DNA from: Candidatus Geohydrothermomicrobium daggyaiense
Lineage (GTDB): Bacteria; Actinomycetota; Geothermincolia; Fen-727; JACVIW01
Assembly (NCBI GenBank): GCA_015711695.1
Contig: JACVIW010000001.1
Coordinates: forward strand, 1-31,822
DNA: 31,822 nt
Direction of reading: 5' to 3'
The notes beneath the pieces were generated by a model, which saw only the letters and a list, made by a program, of their open reading frames with translations, did no database searches and was not told the DNA's origin. Numbering within the stretch: the stretch's first letter is position 1; every line of letters begins with the position of its first letter. This document shows, piece after piece, positions 8,955 through 18,385 of the stretch. The translations under genes and the position numbers were made by a program.

Positions 8955-10046
8955 ATGAAATCGGGTGATTCTTTAGGTCAAAACAAAAATCTGTGGAAAG
9001 GAGTGATAAACGAGTACAGGGAATTTCTTCCTGTAACTGAAAGCACTCCGGTTGTCACTCTTCTTGAGGGAAATACCCCTCTGATCAGATCGAGAAGAAT
9101 TTCGGATGAATTAGGCGTAGAGGTCTATTTCAAATATGAGGGCTTAAACCCAACAGGATCATTCAAGGACCGCGGGATGACAGTAGCTATAAGTAAAGCG
9201 CTCGAAGAGGGCGCACGCGCTGTGATTTGTGCCTCAACCGGCAACACATCGGCATCAGCAGCAGCCTATGCGGCAGCTGCCGGGATCAGGTGCGCGGTTC
9301 TGATACCGCGCGGAGCGATTGCCCTTGGCAAACTTTCTCAGGCGCTTATACACGGGGCGCAGGTTCTGGCTGTTAATGGCAATTTCGATGAGGCATTGAG
9401 AGTGGTCAGAGAGATCGCTTCAAGAAGCGAGGTCGTTCTGGTTAACAGCGTCAATCCAATGAGAATAGAAGGCCAGAAGACTGGAGCGTTTGAGATTTGC
9501 GATGCTCTGGGCGGAGCGCCAGATATCCAGGTTATTCCTGTTGGCAATGCGGGTAATATAACCGCTTACTGGAAAGGATACCGTGACTACTATGCTGCGG
9601 GTAAGATTGATTCCCTACCGAAACTTTTCGGTTTCCAGGCTGAAGGTGCAGCACCGATAGTCCGAGGTTACCCCGTGAAGAATCCTGAGACGATCGCTAC
9701 CGCGATAAGAATCGGAAATCCCGCTTCCTGGCAAGGAGCAGTTCGCGCGGCGGAGGAATCAAAGGGGAAGATAGATATGGTTAGCGACAGCGAGATTCTA
9801 GAAGCTTACCATATGCTTGCCTCAAAGGAAGGCATATTTGTTGAGCCGGCTTCCGCTGCTTCTCTCGCAGGTTTGATTAAGATGAGGAAATCAGGCATGA
9901 TTCCTTCGGGCGTGAGGGTGGTAAGCATACTCACCGGTCATGGTTTGAAAGACCCTGATAGGGCTGTCGCGGAGTCTCCACAACCGCCTGTAGTCGAGCC
10001 AGATACGGATCGGATTTTAGAAATGATAATTTCTCAGAACAATTAA
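8955..10046 (+). CDS. thrC: threonine synthase
   Basis: [21 protein letters not shown] (PLP lysine), [32 protein letters not shown]; SD AGGAGG upstream. Confidence 0.96.
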   Translation: MKSGDSLGQNKNLWKGVINEYREFLPVTESTPVVTLLEGNTPLIRSRRISDELGVEVYFKYEGLNPTGSFKDRGMTVAISKALEEGARAVICASTGNTSASAAAYAAAAGIRCAVLIPRGAIALGKLSQALIHGAQVLAVNGNFDEALRVVREIASRSEVVLVNSVNPMRIEGQKTGAFEICDALGGAPDIQVIPVGNAGNITAYWKGYRDYYAAGKIDSLPKLFGFQAEGAAPIVRGYPVKNPETIATAIRIGNPASWQGAVRAAEESKGKIDMVSDSEILEAYHMLASKEGIFVEPASAASLAGLIKMRKSGMIPSGVRVVSILTGHGLKDPDRAVAESPQPPVVEPDTDRILEMIISQNN

Positions 10047-10153
10047 TCACATTAGCGTAAGGTTGAGTGTTTTATCAGACGTATCAAGATCAAAAAAGAT
10101 CAGTATCATAATCAGCCAGGCACTTCTCACGTGTCTTTAGCGGAGGTGGACAG

Positions 10154-11371
10154 TTGATAGTTGCCGTTCTTGTTCCCGACGGCGCTGCAGACCTTCCCAT
10201 TGAGGAGCTCGGCGGAAAAACGCCATTGGAAGCCGCGCAAACCCCATACATGGATGAAGTCGTCAGGCAGGGAATAACCGGAACACTTAAAACTATTCCT
10301 GATGGAATGTCGCCTGGGAGCGATGTCGCCAATATGTCTCTTTTGGGGTACGACCCGAAAAGATTTCTAACCGGACGTGGGGCGATAGAGGCTGCGAATC
10401 TCGGAATAGATATACCGGATGGCTGGACCGCGTTCAGATGTAATCTTGTCACGGTTGAGAACGATATAATGGTTGATTACAGCGCCGGGCATATCGGCCA
10501 GGATGATGCTTTGCTTTTCATAGACTTTTTAAATCAAAGAATTGCAGATGACAGGATGAGATTCTATGCGGGGACTTCCTACAGGAATATTCTTCTTATC
10601 AAAGGGTCATATGAGGCTGTTAAGTGTACTCCTCCTCACGACATCACAGGTATGCCCATAGATGAGTACCTGCCTTCGGGTGATGGTTCTGATGTTCTCA
10701 TTTCAATTATGGAGCACTCGCGCGAAATTCTTACGGAATGCAATATCAACGCGAGAAGGAAGGAGAACGGTCTTCCCCCGGTAAACATGGTATGGTTATG
10801 GGGACAGGGCAAAAAGATGGTGCTTGAGAGTTTTGAAAAAAGGTTCGGACTTACCGGGGGAATCATAAGCGCGGTGGACCTTGTCTGTGGAATCGGAAAA
10901 CTTATCGGTCTTAAGAGGGTGCATGTTCCGGGAATGACGGGGTACCTTGACACAAATTACGCCGGGAAAGGCGAAGCCGCGATTGAAGTGTTAAAAGAGC
11001 AAAATTTCGTTTATGTTCATGTCGAAGCCCCTGATGAAGCATCTCATATGGGCAGCGTAGAAGAAAAGATAAAGGCAATCGAAAGATTTGATAAACTGGT
11101 TGTTGGCAGGGTTCTTAATTTTATTGCTGACACTGCGGAAAAGTCGAGATTATTGGTTTGCCCGGATCATCCAACCTTTATCCTTACGCGAACACATGAC
11201 AGTTCCCCGGTCCCGTTCGCTTTATGCGGTTCAGGTATTCCAGAAGGGGGGTTTAACACTTTCTCTGAGAGATCAGCACAACTTTCTGGGCTGCATATCG
11301 AGGAAGGACATGAGTTGCTTCCGCTTGTGGTGGCGACAAAAGTTTTGGAAAAAGGTTTTTTTTCACGATAG
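10154..11371 (+). CDS. apgM: archaeal-type 2,3-BPG-independent phosphoglycerate mutase ApgM (subfamily also proposed as a homoserine phosphotransferase)
   Basis: PDGAAD, GKTPLE.A.TP, PGSDVAN (phospho-Ser), YDP...GRG.IEA, TPPHDI, WLWGQG, HVEAPDEASH, PDHPT, THD..PVP. TTG start with GGAGG at 10142-10146. Confidence 0.9.
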   Translation: MIVAVLVPDGAADLPIEELGGKTPLEAAQTPYMDEVVRQGITGTLKTIPDGMSPGSDVANMSLLGYDPKRFLTGRGAIEAANLGIDIPDGWTAFRCNLVTVENDIMVDYSAGHIGQDDALLFIDFLNQRIADDRMRFYAGTSYRNILLIKGSYEAVKCTPPHDITGMPIDEYLPSGDGSDVLISIMEHSREILTECNINARRKENGLPPVNMVWLWGQGKKMVLESFEKRFGLTGGIISAVDLVCGIGKLIGLKRVHVPGMTGYLDTNYAGKGEAAIEVLKEQNFVYVHVEAPDEASHMGSVEEKIKAIERFDKLVVGRVLNFIADTAEKSRLLVCPDHPTFILTRTHDSSPVPFALCGSGIPEGGFNTFSERSAQLSGLHIEEGHELLPLVVATKVLEKGFFSR

Positions 11372-11409
11372 TTTTATACGTTTCGTTGAGGAGATTGAAG
11401 ATTTTTTAA

Positions 11410-12276
11410 ATGGAGCATGCAAGCGGTAAAATCCAAGCATTTGAGAGAGGAAAAGCGAAGATGTGCGAAGCAGAAAAGATGCCGGGAAAAACAGCAATAA
11501 AACTTGCCCATATATCGGACATTCATATCGGCTCGAACCATTTCGTTTCCAATCTGTTAAACCGAGCCATAGTTGAGATAAACGAGATAAAGCCGGATAT
11601 CGTCCTTGTGTCGGGGGATATTACTAATGACGGTTTCAGGCAGCAGTATTCCGCTGCCCAGGCTTTCTTAAGAAACCTTGAGTGCGAAAGGATTTCAGTT
11701 ATACCCGGGAATCACGATTCACGAAACGTGGGATATGTTCACTTCGAGGATATGTTTGGAGATAGGAACAATGTTGTTTATCTGCCTGGAGTGACTCTCG
11801 TCGCCTTGGATTCTTCTCAGCCAGACCTTGACCAGGGAAGACTCGGGAGACAAAACTATAAGTGGATGGTTGAGAAATTAAACAAGCCTCAAGATTTCAA
11901 AATCGTTGCCCTTCACCACCACCTGTTGCCTGTTCCTGGAACCGGAAGGGAGAGGAATATAATTGAAGACGCTGGTGATTTCCTGAAACTTTGCGTTGAT
12001 GTTGGTGTGGATCTTGTGCTTGCCGGTCACAAACACGTTCCCCACGCATGGCACTTTGAGGATTTCTATGTTGTGAACGTTGGAACGGTTTCTTCCCTCC
12101 GCCTCAGAGGCTATGCGAGGCCTTGCTACAACATAGTAGAAATCGTGGACCGAGAATGTCGTGTTACAAGGAAGCACCCATTTGGCGAAAGCATGGAGAT
12201 TGTAAGGTTTCCCGTTAAACCCAAAAGTAAAAACATAAATGTTGACGCCTCCGCCGAAGAGGGGCTTTTTCCGTAA
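11410..12276 (+). CDS. calcineurin-like metallophosphoesterase (CpdA/YydB-like phosphodiesterase)
   Basis: All five motifs are intact: HISDIH, SGDIT, PGNHD, LHHH, GHKH. The true start may be ATG 11461 or 11479. Confidence 0.9.
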   Translation: MEHASGKIQAFERGKAKMCEAEKMPGKTAIKLAHISDIHIGSNHFVSNLLNRAIVEINEIKPDIVLVSGDITNDGFRQQYSAAQAFLRNLECERISVIPGNHDSRNVGYVHFEDMFGDRNNVVYLPGVTLVALDSSQPDLDQGRLGRQNYKWMVEKLNKPQDFKIVALHHHLLPVPGTGRERNIIEDAGDFLKLCVDVGVDLVLAGHKHVPHAWHFEDFYVVNVGTVSSLRLRGYARPCYNIVEIVDRECRVTRKHPFGESMEIVRFPVKPKSKNINVDASAEEGLFP

Positions 12277-12309
12277 TCTGTTGTTTGACCCTTCTGCACG
12301 GGGATATCC

Positions 12310-13671
12310 ATGGGTGATAAGAAAAAACCTGTTATTGTGCTCGTTGATGGAGAACATTACTCGGACGTGATTCTCGACACCTTTTCTTTTCTCGAGAGTG
12401 AACAGAGTTTTCTGATTTCAGCGATTGTTTTTCTTGGTGGAGCTGAGAAACTTGAGGATCTTAAGACAATAAACTATAAGAACATTCCTATCTATACGGG
12501 CAAAACGCCTTTCGAGGCTGTTTCTGTCGCTATTTCAAATCATGATATCGAGATGGTAATCGACCTTTCAGATGAACCTGTCCTCAGTTACCCTGAACGC
12601 TTTAGGATAGCCAGCATCGTTCTCGCTTCGGGCGTGTCCTATGCTGGTGCCGATTTCAAATTCGATGCTCCTGATTTTCCATTCCTTTTTGATAAGCCTG
12701 GTATAGGAATATGGGGTTCCGGTAAACGGGTTGGAAAGACTGCAATATCGGCATACGTATTGAGGTTTCTCATTCAAAAAGGCTTCAATCCATGCGTGCT
12801 TACCATGGGAAGAGGAGGACCCGCGGCCCCCGAGTTAATTGATAAACCTTACCAGATAGACGACGATTTCCTTATCCGGACTGCCAGAAAAGGAATACAC
12901 GCAGCAAGCGATCACTTCGAAAATGCTATGATGGGAAGGGCACGCGCGATTGGGTGCAGAAGATGCGGTGGGGGGATGGTTGGAATGCCCTATTTCTCAA
13001 ACGTTCAGGAAGGGGCGCGATTGGTCTCGCGGATTGAATGCGATGTGGTACTTTGTGAGGGAAGCGGCGCGACGATACCGCCTGTGGGCGTTGACGCGGC
13101 GCTTCTTGTTGTTTCTGCGATTCAACCGATTGAAAACGTTCTTGGATACCTTGGTCCTTGCAAGCTGTTGCTTTCAGACCTGGTTCTGGTTACAATGTGT
13201 GAGGATTTTCTTGTACCCGGCAGGAAAATTCAAAGATTGGTTGACGGGATCAAGTCCATAAATCCCGAGGCAAGAGTTCTAAAGACTGTTTTCAGACCTC
13301 GACCTCTCGGAGATATCAGGGGCAGGAAGGTATTCCTAACAAGTACGGCGCCCGATCGGGCAGTACAAATCCAGGTCAAGCATCTCGAAAAAAAGTATAA
13401 AGCCGACGTTGTAGGTTCAAGCGCAAATCTCGCTAACAGGAAAAAACTGAGGGATGAATTAAAAGACCTGCGGGGCGCGGAAGTTCTTGTGACCGAATTG
13501 AAGGCGGCTGGCGTCGATACGGTCTCGTGTATGGCAAAAGAGATGGGGATTGATCTGGTGTATATGGACAACATCCCGGTGTCTATCGAGGGGAACCTCG
13601 ACGAGGAAATTGGAAAACTCCTGTCGGTTGCCAGGGAGCGCTGCCAGAAGAGGCTGGATGGGATGAGTTAA
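12310..13671 (+). CDS. cpgS: cyclic 2,3-diphosphoglycerate synthetase
   Basis: VDGEHY, GGAEK, DLSDEPV, GSGKRVGKT, MGRGGP, HAASDHFENA, CRRCGGG, EGSG and TELKAA match the cDPGS family over 453 aa. Confidence 0.9.
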   Translation: MGDKKKPVIVLVDGEHYSDVILDTFSFLESEQSFLISAIVFLGGAEKLEDLKTINYKNIPIYTGKTPFEAVSVAISNHDIEMVIDLSDEPVLSYPERFRIASIVLASGVSYAGADFKFDAPDFPFLFDKPGIGIWGSGKRVGKTAISAYVLRFLIQKGFNPCVLTMGRGGPAAPELIDKPYQIDDDFLIRTARKGIHAASDHFENAMMGRARAIGCRRCGGGMVGMPYFSNVQEGARLVSRIECDVVLCEGSGATIPPVGVDAALLVVSAIQPIENVLGYLGPCKLLLSDLVLVTMCEDFLVPGRKIQRLVDGIKSINPEARVLKTVFRPRPLGDIRGRKVFLTSTAPDRAVQIQVKHLEKKYKADVVGSSANLANRKKLRDELKDLRGAEVLVTELKAAGVDTVSCMAKEMGIDLVYMDNIPVSIEGNLDEEIGKLLSVARERCQKRLDGMS

Positions 13672-13711
13672 ATAGTGCGGGTGTGCTGCCCCAAAAATGG
13701 AGGTCGCCTGT

Positions 13712-14662
13712 ATGGCTGAGAGGCTTCAAAAAATAATAATCACTGATGAGGAGCATCATCTACCTTATTCAAAGGGATTGATGGCTACCACTTTGATGGC
13801 TACCGGTCTTCCACCGGACAGGGCTTATCATATCGCCTCTGTGATTCATGAGACTCTTCGTGACGAGGGAAATCCAGAGGTCACGATGGAGCACGTCAGG
13901 AAAACCGCGGAGCTGATTCTTGAAAGGGAAGCTGGTGCGCGCTATGTTGAGATTTACAGAAAATGGCAGTCGCTTGCCACACTCAACCGCCCAATAATTC
14001 TCCTTATAGGTGGTGCTACGGGGGTTGGAAAATCGACGGTATCTACAATGCTTGCGAACAGACTCGGTATTATCAGACAGGTTTCTACTGATGTTATCAG
14101 GGAAGTAATGCGGGCTCTTTTTTCTCCCGATTTGATGCCTGCTCTTTACAGCTCCTCTTTTAACGCTCACGAATCAATGAGAATCCCACTTCCTCAAACA
14201 ACTGACAAGGTAATACTCGGTTTTCTGGAGCAGGCGGCGATGGTCTGGGTAGGGATAAGGGCAATTATCGAACGTGCTGCTCTGGAGAGGACAAACTTTA
14301 TCGTCGAAGGAGCCCACATAGTCCCTGGAATTATCGAGCCTTCCGCTTTCCAGGACGCTTACGTTCTGCAGATGGTTTTGGCTGTTGATGATGAAGCCCA
14401 GCACAGGAGTCATTTTGAGATCCGTGAGGTTGAGACTGAAGGCGCGAGACCTTACTACAGATACATAAAAAATCTTTCTTCCATTAGGAAGATTCAGGAG
14501 TATGTTCTTGAGCTTGCCCAAAGAGAGAATGTGCCCGTTTTTCACTGTTACAATCTTGATAACACCGTCAGCGAAATTGTGGAGTTTGTTATAAACAGTA
14601 TTTTTGGAGAGGGCACCGCAGATCAGGGCGAAGTCATTGGTTCTCAGGGTTTGAAGGCCTGA
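13712..14662 (+). CDS. pgk2: 2-phosphoglycerate kinase (ATP-cone + P-loop)
   Basis: PYSKGLMA ATP-cone start, GGATGVGKST P-loop, STDVIRE, LYSSSF, IVEGAHIVPG. ATG 13712 follows GGAGGT (13699-13704). Adjacent to cpgS. Confidence 0.88.
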   Translation: MAERLQKIIITDEEHHLPYSKGLMATTLMATGLPPDRAYHIASVIHETLRDEGNPEVTMEHVRKTAELILEREAGARYVEIYRKWQSLATLNRPIILLIGGATGVGKSTVSTMLANRLGIIRQVSTDVIREVMRALFSPDLMPALYSSSFNAHESMRIPLPQTTDKVILGFLEQAAMVWVGIRAIIERAALERTNFIVEGAHIVPGIIEPSAFQDAYVLQMVLAVDDEAQHRSHFEIREVETEGARPYYRYIKNLSSIRKIQEYVLELAQRENVPVFHCYNLDNTVSEIVEFVINSIFGEGTADQGEVIGSQGLKA

Positions 14663-14736
14663 GAGTTTTTAAATAATAGCGCTCTGGCAATTCTTCGAGC
14701 AATTCAACCGGTTTAACCCGTAAAAGGAGGTATGAA

Positions 14737-15384
14737 TTGAAGTTGTTCATTGATACTGCCAACGTTGAGCACATAAAAGAAATACACAGCTGGGGGGTCT
14801 TGGAAGGGGTAACGACAAACCCGACTCTTGCAGCAAAGGAAAACAGGAGTTACGTCGATTGTATCAAGGAAATCACTTCTTTTGTGAGGGGACCCGTAAG
14901 CGCAGAAGTCGTGTCTGAGGATGTGCAGGGAATGGTAGAAGAAGCCAGAAAGCTTGCTGCTATCGCTCCTAATATTAATGTTAAAATACCCATTTGCGTT
15001 GAGGGTCTTAAGGCAATAAAAGCGCTTTCCGATGAAAATATTAAGACGAACTGTACCCTCGTTTTCTCGGCAAATCAGGCTTTGCTCGCGGCTTCAGCCG
15101 GGGCGACATATGTTAGTCCTTTTCTCGGCAGGATTGACGACATGGGAAATGACGGTCTCCGGGTTCTTGAAGAGATCGTAGAGATATTTGAATATTACGG
15201 GATTGACACACAAATAATCGCAGCATCTTTGAGGCATCCGCAGCATGTTGTTGGGGCTGCACTTATTGGCGCGCATATTGCGACTATTCCCTATGATGTG
15301 TTCAAAGCGATGGTGAGGCATCCCTTGACCGATATCGGAATAGAACGTTTCAAAGCGGATTGGGAGAAGATAAAGAACCTTTAG
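14737..15384 (+). CDS. tal: transaldolase (TalC/FSA family)
   Basis: FIDTA, GVTTNP, VKIP Schiff-base lysine. SAEV (Glu) and SPF (Phe) indicate transaldolase rather than FSA. TTG start 6 nt after AAAGGAGG. Confidence 0.93.
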   Translation: MKLFIDTANVEHIKEIHSWGVLEGVTTNPTLAAKENRSYVDCIKEITSFVRGPVSAEVVSEDVQGMVEEARKLAAIAPNINVKIPICVEGLKAIKALSDENIKTNCTLVFSANQALLAASAGATYVSPFLGRIDDMGNDGLRVLEEIVEIFEYYGIDTQIIAASLRHPQHVVGAALIGAHIATIPYDVFKAMVRHPLTDIGIERFKADWEKIKNL

Positions 15385-15416
15385 ATTAGATAAATATTAA
15401 GGAGGTTATACCTGCA

Positions 15417-16754
15417 ATGGACGTTGTTGACAGAAAACTTCTTGAAGACAAGCTCTTAAGTGAGCTTCAAGAAATCGGACAAGCTCTTGAGATCGAGGGT
15501 GTTAAGAAGTATCGAAAGAAAGAACTAATCGACCTGATACTCCGTGAAGTTGGCGCTCTTAATGACGAAAAGACTGCTGAGGTAGCTGTGGATGAACAGG
15601 TCGAAACAGAGGCAAAACCGGCCAAAGAAGAACCTACCGAGGGTGTAGGAAGCGGGATTCTTGACATTCTTTCCGATGGATACGGATTCTTGAGAACACA
15701 AGGCTATCTGGCGTCCGAAAAAGACATATACGTCTCAATGTCCCAGATAAGGAGGTTCCGTCTCAAGCGAGGAGATGAGGTTAAGGGGCAGGTAAGACCG
15801 CCGAAGGATTCAGAAAAGTACAGCGCGCTGCTAAGGATAGAGTCGGTAAACGGCGACGACCCGGAAGTCGCGATGCACCGGAAACAGTTCGAGATGTTGA
15901 CGCCCCTCTATCCGATGGAGCGGCTCCGGCTCGAGACGAAAAACTCCTCTATAACCGGGAGAATAATCGATCTGATTGCTCCCATAGGGAAGGGACAGCG
16001 TGGTCTAATCGTCTCACCACCAAAAGCCGGGAAGACGACAGTTTTGAAACAGATAGCCAACAGCATAACCGACAATAACCCTGAGGTTTACCTGATGGTC
16101 CTGCTGATTGATGAACGACCCGAGGAGGTAACCGACATGGAGAGGTCGGTCACGGGTGAGGTAATATCTTCCACTTTCGACCAGCCGAGCGATAACCATA
16201 TTGCTGTTGCTGAACTGGTGCTCGAAAGAGCAAAGAGACTCGTAGAGCATAACAGGGATGTTGTGATTTTGCTTGATAGCATAACGAGGCTTGCCAGGGC
16301 ATATAACTTGAGCACCCCGGCAAGCGGGCGCATCCTTTCAGGCGGAGTGGACTCTACCGCTCTTTTTCCTCCAAAGCGCTTCTTTGGAGCGGCGAGGAAT
16401 ATTGAGTTCGGTGGGAGTCTTACTATCATCGCGACCGCGCTTGTGGATACAGGAAGCAGGATGGATGAGGTCATTTTCGAGGAATTCAAAGGTACCGGCA
16501 ACATGGAAATTCACCTTGACAGGAAACTGGCAGACAAGAGGATCTTTCCGGCTATCGATATAGAAAAGTCTGGAACTAGAAAAGAGGAACTCATACTCGA
16601 TCCTGATGAAGCAACAAAGGTCTGGCGGCTCAGGCGAATCCTTCATTCACTTGACCCGAGCGCAGCGATTGAGCTCTTGATTGATGGGATCAGAAAGACA
16701 CGTAGCAACGCTGAATTCCTTGCCCAGATCAAAGACGCGCAGGGACTTAAGTAA
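15417..16754 (+). CDS. rho: transcription termination factor Rho
   Basis: [66 protein letters not shown]. Confidence 0.98.
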   Translation: MDVVDRKLLEDKLLSELQEIGQALEIEGVKKYRKKELIDLILREVGALNDEKTAEVAVDEQVETEAKPAKEEPTEGVGSGILDILSDGYGFLRTQGYLASEKDIYVSMSQIRRFRLKRGDEVKGQVRPPKDSEKYSALLRIESVNGDDPEVAMHRKQFEMLTPLYPMERLRLETKNSSITGRIIDLIAPIGKGQRGLIVSPPKAGKTTVLKQIANSITDNNPEVYLMVLLIDERPEEVTDMERSVTGEVISSTFDQPSDNHIAVAELVLERAKRLVEHNRDVVILLDSITRLARAYNLSTPASGRILSGGVDSTALFPPKRFFGAARNIEFGGSLTIIATALVDTGSRMDEVIFEEFKGTGNMEIHLDRKLADKRIFPAIDIEKSGTRKEELILDPDEATKVWRLRRILHSLDPSAAIELLIDGIRKTRSNAEFLAQIKDAQGLK

Positions 16755-16828
16755 GTCTTGAAATGAGTCTTTGCTACTGCTGTAACGCTGGACGGCTGAG
16801 CCTTTGTGGACTTATGAATATATGAGCC

Positions 16829-16857
16829 TTGTTAGCGAAAACCGCTTATGCTAACAT
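16829..16857 (+). promoter_or_regulatory. putative sigma70-type promoter for rpmE
   Basis: TTGTTA (16829-34), 17 nt spacer, TAACAT (16852-57), with TG at the extended -10 position. Confidence 0.4.
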
Positions 16858-16889
16858 GTGCTCGATTTTACATGCGAGGTGAAGTTAAT

Positions 16890-17123
16890 TTGAAAAAGGG
16901 AGTACACCCTGAATATATGAAAGCGATCGTTCGTTGCTCCTGTGGCGAGACATTTGTCACCCGTTCAACCCGCTCTGAATTACATGTGGAGATTTGTTCA
17001 CAGTGTCATCCATTCTACACAGGGCGCCAGAAACTCGTGGACACAGGCGGCAGGGTTGAGAGGTTCAGGAGAAGATACGCCCAGCATCTGGAGACGAAGT
17101 CAAAATCCTCAAAGAAGTCCTGA
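16890..17123 (+). CDS. rpmE: 50S ribosomal protein L31, Zn-binding (C+) form
   Basis: TTG start after GAGGTG; MKKGVHPEY...CSCG...[10 protein letters not shown]...DTGGRVERF. Confidence 0.96.
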   Translation: MKKGVHPEYMKAIVRCSCGETFVTRSTRSELHVEICSQCHPFYTGRQKLVDTGGRVERFRRRYAQHLETKSKSSKKS

Positions 17124-17148
17124 TCAGCTTGAAGATCAGGGACTATTT
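17117..17148 (+). terminator. possible intrinsic terminator after rpmE
   Basis: CCTGATC / GATCAGG stem with an 8-nt loop, followed by only a weak TATTT tract. Confidence 0.3.
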
Positions 17149-18385
17149 GAAGTCTGACAAACCTCAAAAGCACCGTAATCTATAGCCATGCGCCTTTTCA
17201 AGCATTCCACACTCTCTTGCTGGTTTGCCTGAATCCACATTCTTAAACCTTACCCTTCTTTCTTCCCCCGCTTTCCAAAAGCAGGCCTGATTCTCTGAGT
17301 CTTCTTTTCTCTTACCCCTGGTGCCTCACTCTTACCTCGCTTCTGTTCTGCCGTGTTCATTTTCACAAAAACCGCTCTTCAATCATCCTGCCCACGAAAA
17401 CTCCTTGTTTGTATCCTTTGATTGAGAAGGAACGCGTTATTTGTGTTTGACGTGCGATGCGGTAAAAGTTTGGCGGGTAGTAGGCGGCGCGCAGGGTGGC
17501 GCTGGGTTGTTAGCCCTGAAATAGTGCGGAGGCGTAGACTCAAGCAGAATTCCAGGGCTTCAAGCTTTCTATTCTCCCCCTGAAAAGTGGAGACATGCAA
17601 AATCATTTTGTTGAAAATAGACAGGGAGAAGCAAGGCTTCCCCGTGAAAAACATTTCGCGAAGCAGAAAACGCCCGGAAGTGTTAGCGGAGACTGAAATT
17701 TCCTGAAAGACAAGGTCCACAATAGCTGGAAATCTTATCATGGCTATTTACCACAGCGCTAAACGGTTTTACTGACAGGGAGGTAATGGTAAGGAAGTAA
17801 AGCCTTTAACTTGACGTGGAAGAGGAAGGTTGCCACGATCACCATGTTCAGTTCGCTGAGAGTCGAGCGCATGCTCAAGCGTTCCGGAAAATGGGGCGGA
17901 AAGATCGCCAGGTTGATTCATCTCAAGGCGACTGACGGGCTTCGATGCCAGGTCAAAAGTTATGCGGGAAAAAAGGACAGAAAGAGATTCTTAAGCTCGC
18001 TGTTACAAAGCCAGGAAGAAGTCTTAAAAAGCTTCTGACGAAAGCTTCTGACGCGTGACTTTCAACTTACTTCCTATTGCTGAAAAAGGCAGATAGCAAT
18101 GAAAACCTGGTGCCGGCATAAAGCGCTCTGTCGCTCTCAGGAAAGGTGGTTTAAAGATCGTGAAGGTTTCTTACTGCTAAATCTTAAGTGCTACTCCGTC
18201 CCACATACATGAGGAGTCCCGCAAAGAGATATGCGATAATTTATTACAGGAAATCCCTTGCTTTTGAGATAATTTATCGAATATGCGGTGTGTGTATATT
18301 CGGGATTGTGGAATGCTTTTAAATTGGGCAAAAAGGGTTTTGTTTTGTTATCACGGGAAAGGAGAGATGAAATCTGGTTGAAAAT

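Noticed and set aside
11088-11429. 113 aa ORF listed as minus strand in the track (MINWLLAG...)
   Set aside because: The peptide actually reads from the plus strand (TTG ATA AAC TGG at 11088, TAA at 11427-29). It is an alternative-frame shadow of apgM with no recognisable features.
14723-14740. SD-ATG-AAT-TGA minigene before tal (and similar GGAGG-A-ATG-GTC-TAG at 23896-23910)
   Set aside because: The ATG is only 1 nt from the SD, too close for initiation. The tal SD is correctly spaced for TTG 14737.
17493-17506. AGGGTGGCGC resembling a T-box antiterminator
   Set aside because: It lacks the ACCGCG continuation, a terminator and an adjacent aminoacyl-tRNA-related gene.
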